64,000 bases of DNA from positions 256,001 through 320,000 of the forward strand of contig CAYLJV010000001.1 of assembly GCA_964384105.1 (NCBI GenBank). Reading direction: 5' to 3'. Below the pieces are notes generated by a model. The model was not told the DNA's origin and did not search any database. It saw only the letters and a program-made list of their open reading frames with translations. Shown here piece after piece: positions 61,401 to 64,000 of the stretch. The position numbers and the translations under genes are program-made. Each line of letters starts with the position of its first letter. Positions within the stretch are counted from its first letter, which is position 1. The DNA is from Candidatus Hadarchaeota archaeon (GTDB lineage: Archaea > Hadarchaeota > Hadarchaeia > Hadarchaeales > JAGGTB01).

Positions 61401-62894
61401 ATGCATCTAGAATTTCTGGGAGGAACTCAAGAAGTTGGTAGGTCCTGCACAAAAATACGGTCTGATGATTTCACAATTCTTCTTGACTGTGGATTTAAGC
61501 ATGGAGAAAAAGTTTCTTATCCAGAATTTGACGAGGCCGATCTTATTGATGGTGTGGTATTAACTCATGCTCATCTTGATCATAGCGGAGCTCTTCCTAT
61601 TTTGGCTAGTAAGGAACTGTTGACGAAAAACGCAAAAATTTTTTGTGCACCTCCGACCGCCGCCCTTTTACACATTCTCTTATGGGATTCCTATAAGCTA
61701 CAGCGAACTGCATGGGAATCTAGAAATGAGAGACACCTCTATGAACATAGCGATGTAAATGAGATACTCAATCGTCTGTATACTGTTCCTTTTCAAAGCT
61801 TTACACCCGTTGAGGGTATAGAAGCGGAGTTTGGGTACTCTGGTCATATCCTGGGAAGTGCATGGGTAAGGATAAAAGCGGGTGGTAGATCTTTTCTTTT
61901 CACAGGGGATTTGGCTGAGGGCAGATCACTTCATTTAAGGAGAGCCTCTTTTCCTAGACCCTCCGATATCTTAGTAACTGAGTCTACTTACGGTTCTACA
62001 AAACAGCATCCGAGTTTCTCTAATGTTTGCAAGAATGTGGCCGAACTCTTGAAATATGATGGACCTATACTTATTCCAGTTTTTTCGATTGGGAGAAGTA
62101 TTGAAATTTTACAGCTTTTACGCCGTTATGATATTGATGGGGATCAGGTATGGTATGATGGTATGATTTCAGACGTTCTTCCTATTTACAGAGGATATGC
62201 TTCTGATTCATATATGAAATCGTCTTTAACTAATCAAATTAAACATTCAGGTCTACCCAAACCCTTTCTTCCAGATGGAGCTAGAACCCCTCGTAGTATG
62301 TTTGAGAGAAGTAGGATAATCAGAGATGAGGAGAATCCTATAGTTGTGACCCCATCTGGAATGTTGACAGGAGGATGGTCGCCGTTTTATTTAGAGCAGA
62401 TGGTAGAGTATAGGAGTCAGGCAAGAGTAATTCTTGTAGGTTTTCAAGCTGAGGGAACTTTGGGCAGAAAATTGATTGATGCCAAGGAGAGGGGAGAGAG
62501 TTCTGTTGCTGTAGACATTAAGACTTTCTCTTATCCTGTTGAAAATTCATCTTCCGATTTAGAAGAATTTGGTTTTATTAATAAGAGGGTTGAGATTCCT
62601 TTAGAATGGATAGAATATAAAAGAGGTTTTAGTGCTCATTCATCGGCTTCTCACTTGTTGGAGTTTTCTAGGAGAGTATCCCCAAGGAGAATATTTGTGG
62701 TTCATGGAGATTCAAGTAATTCGAAAGCTCTTGTGAATTTTTTCGCTGATGATAGTTCATTAAAATATGCTAAATCGGAGATTCCAAAGATTGGTGATCA
62801 ATTTGAGGTGAATGAGAGTATACCTGCCTCTTTTAGAGAAAGATTGGAAAAACTTGAGAAGAAAGTATCGAATTTAGAAAAAAGACTTGATTAA
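61401..62894 (+). CDS. Beta-CASP metallo-beta-lactamase ribonuclease
   Basis: GGTQEVGRSC, THAHLDH, GHILGSA, ESTYG, FSAH, VHG. Confidence 0.92.
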   Translation: MHLEFLGGTQEVGRSCTKIRSDDFTILLDCGFKHGEKVSYPEFDEADLIDGVVLTHAHLDHSGALPILASKELLTKNAKIFCAPPTAALLHILLWDSYKLQRTAWESRNERHLYEHSDVNEILNRLYTVPFQSFTPVEGIEAEFGYSGHILGSAWVRIKAGGRSFLFTGDLAEGRSLHLRRASFPRPSDILVTESTYGSTKQHPSFSNVCKNVAELLKYDGPILIPVFSIGRSIEILQLLRRYDIDGDQVWYDGMISDVLPIYRGYASDSYMKSSLTNQIKHSGLPKPFLPDGARTPRSMFERSRIIRDEENPIVVTPSGMLTGGWSPFYLEQMVEYRSQARVILVGFQAEGTLGRKLIDAKERGESSVAVDIKTFSYPVENSSSDLEEFGFINKRVEIPLEWIEYKRGFSAHSSASHLLEFSRRVSPRRIFVVHGDSSNSKALVNFFADDSSLKYAKSEIPKIGDQFEVNESIPASFRERLEKLEKKVSNLEKRLD

Positions 62895-63018
62895 ATCTCT
62901 TATTTAGCCCGTTCCGCTAATTCGAAACTCGAATAAAACGTATTGGAATTTATTTTTCGTATAATTTGGAATATCCTAATCTTCATATTTCATTAGAAAC
63001 AAATAATCTTCGAGCACA

Positions 63019-64000
63019 ATGAGATTTGAAGATAGCGATTTGATTATAATCTCTAATGCTGAACCATACGTTCATAATCGGGAGGGAGACGAAATAGTCT
63101 GTGAGAACTTAGCGGGAGGACTTACTTCGGCATTAGATTCTTTGATTCAGAAAACGGGTGGGGTTTGGATTGCATGGGGCAGAGGCGATGCAGATTTTGA
63201 GGTTGTTGATTCCAATGGAAAAATTAGAATGCCAGAAGGTGAGGAAAGTTTTGAGCTTAAGAGAATTGACCTTTCTGAGAAAGAGATAGAAAATTTTTAC
63301 CTAGGATTTTCAAACGAAGTTCTTTGGCCAATTTGCCACTCCTTCCCCGAGAAGGCGGCTTTAGAAGATTACTATTCTTCAGAGGAGATGTGGGAGACTT
63401 ATAAGAAGGTTAATCAGAGATATGCGGACGCTGCGATAGAAGAGATTGAAGGAGGAGAATTCATTTGGGTTCACGACTATCACCTCACTCTTGTTCCCGG
63501 AATGATTAAGAAGGAATGCCCCAACTCAAATATTGCCTTTTTCTGGCATATTCCTTGGCCCCCATGGGAAATGTTTGGTAATATTCCATGGAGAACCGAC
63601 ATTATGGATGGAATGCTTAATAGCGATTTTATTGGATTTCATACAGTTAGTCTAAAAGAGAATTTTTTGTATTGCGCCAAACGTATTGGTAGAGATGTAA
63701 ATGAGGAAAATTCTACGGTTAGTGATGGGGATAATACAGCTAAAGTGGATTTCATTCCTCTCGGTGTCGATTTCGATAAGTTCGATTCGTTAGCTTCGAG
63801 TGAAAGTAATAAGAAGAAAGCTAGGGAATTAAGGGAGAACATTTCCTCTAGGAATATAATTTTGGGGGTCGACAGACTTGATTATACTAAAGGTATACCT
63901 CAGCGCTTGAGAGCTTTTGAACTTTTTTTGGAACAAAATCCGGAGTTTCTAGGGGAAGTAACGCTGGTTCAGAGGATACCTCCTAGTAGGATTAGTGCGG
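63019..64000 (+). CDS. otsA: Trehalose-6-phosphate synthase (GT20), 3' truncated by window
   Basis: Translated by hand: GGL, FSNEVLWP, WVHDYHL, FFWHIPWP, GVDRLDYTKG. Confidence 0.92.
   Translation, partial: MRFEDSDLIIISNAEPYVHNREGDEIVCENLAGGLTSALDSLIQKTGGVWIAWGRGDADFEVVDSNGKIRMPEGEESFELKRIDLSEKEIENFYLGFSNEVLWPICHSFPEKAALEDYYSSEEMWETYKKVNQRYADAAIEEIEGGEFIWVHDYHLTLVPGMIKKECPNSNIAFFWHIPWPPWEMFGNIPWRTDIMDGMLNSDFIGFHTVSLKENFLYCAKRIGRDVNEENSTVSDGDNTAKVDFIPLGVDFDKFDSLASSESNKKKARELRENISSRNIILGVDRLDYTKGIPQRLRAFELFLEQNPEFLGEVTLVQRIPPSRISA

Noticed and set aside
59-63842. Numerous short antisense or overlapping ORFs in the six-frame track (e.g. 17407-17901, 47814-48338, 25491-25697, 63639-63842)
   Set aside because: Most shadow well-supported genes, and none shows recognisable motifs
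1-64000. CRISPR arrays, IS elements, integrases or att sites at the two tRNAs
   Set aside because: No regularly spaced repeats, no transposase or integrase ORFs, and no duplicated tRNA ends were seen

Overview
Chromosomal segment of an archaeon. The gene set and acidic proteins suggest an anaerobic, probably halotolerant euryarchaeal lineage such as MSBL1/Hadarchaeota, but this is inference. No CRISPR array, transposase, integrase or rRNA was seen. In order, the window holds: the end of the str cluster (L30e-nusA-S12-S7-EF1a-S10-tRNA-Ser, without EF-2); archease and RtcB; a divergent type IV pilus-like locus; Mg/Zn/Fe transport genes; a ~15 kb sulfur island; a class II ribonucleotide reductase with a B12 adenosyltransferase; branched-chain amino acid genes including cimA; TFB; aIF-1A/Dim2/topoisomerase VI; a beta-CASP nuclease; and a truncated trehalose-6-phosphate synthase. 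The best candidate for an undescribed system is the sulfur island (25311-40500). It contains tRNA-Cys, YeeE/TusA, SepCysS plus DUF169, a ubiquitin-like/E1 fusion, a Cys-type Thi4, a JAB protease, MetY, IscS/IscU, a Cys-rich HTH regulator and a stand-alone ThrRS-type editing domain. Five intergenic copies of one palindrome, ATAAC-N3-GTTAT, lie beside the promoters of most of these units, including the tRNA-Cys gene and the editing domain. This suggests a sulfur-responsive regulon linking sulfur uptake and relay, tRNA-dependent cysteine synthesis and tRNA quality control. Three genes (yeeE, nrdJ, the zupT start) each appear one base short, which may be a sequencing artefact.
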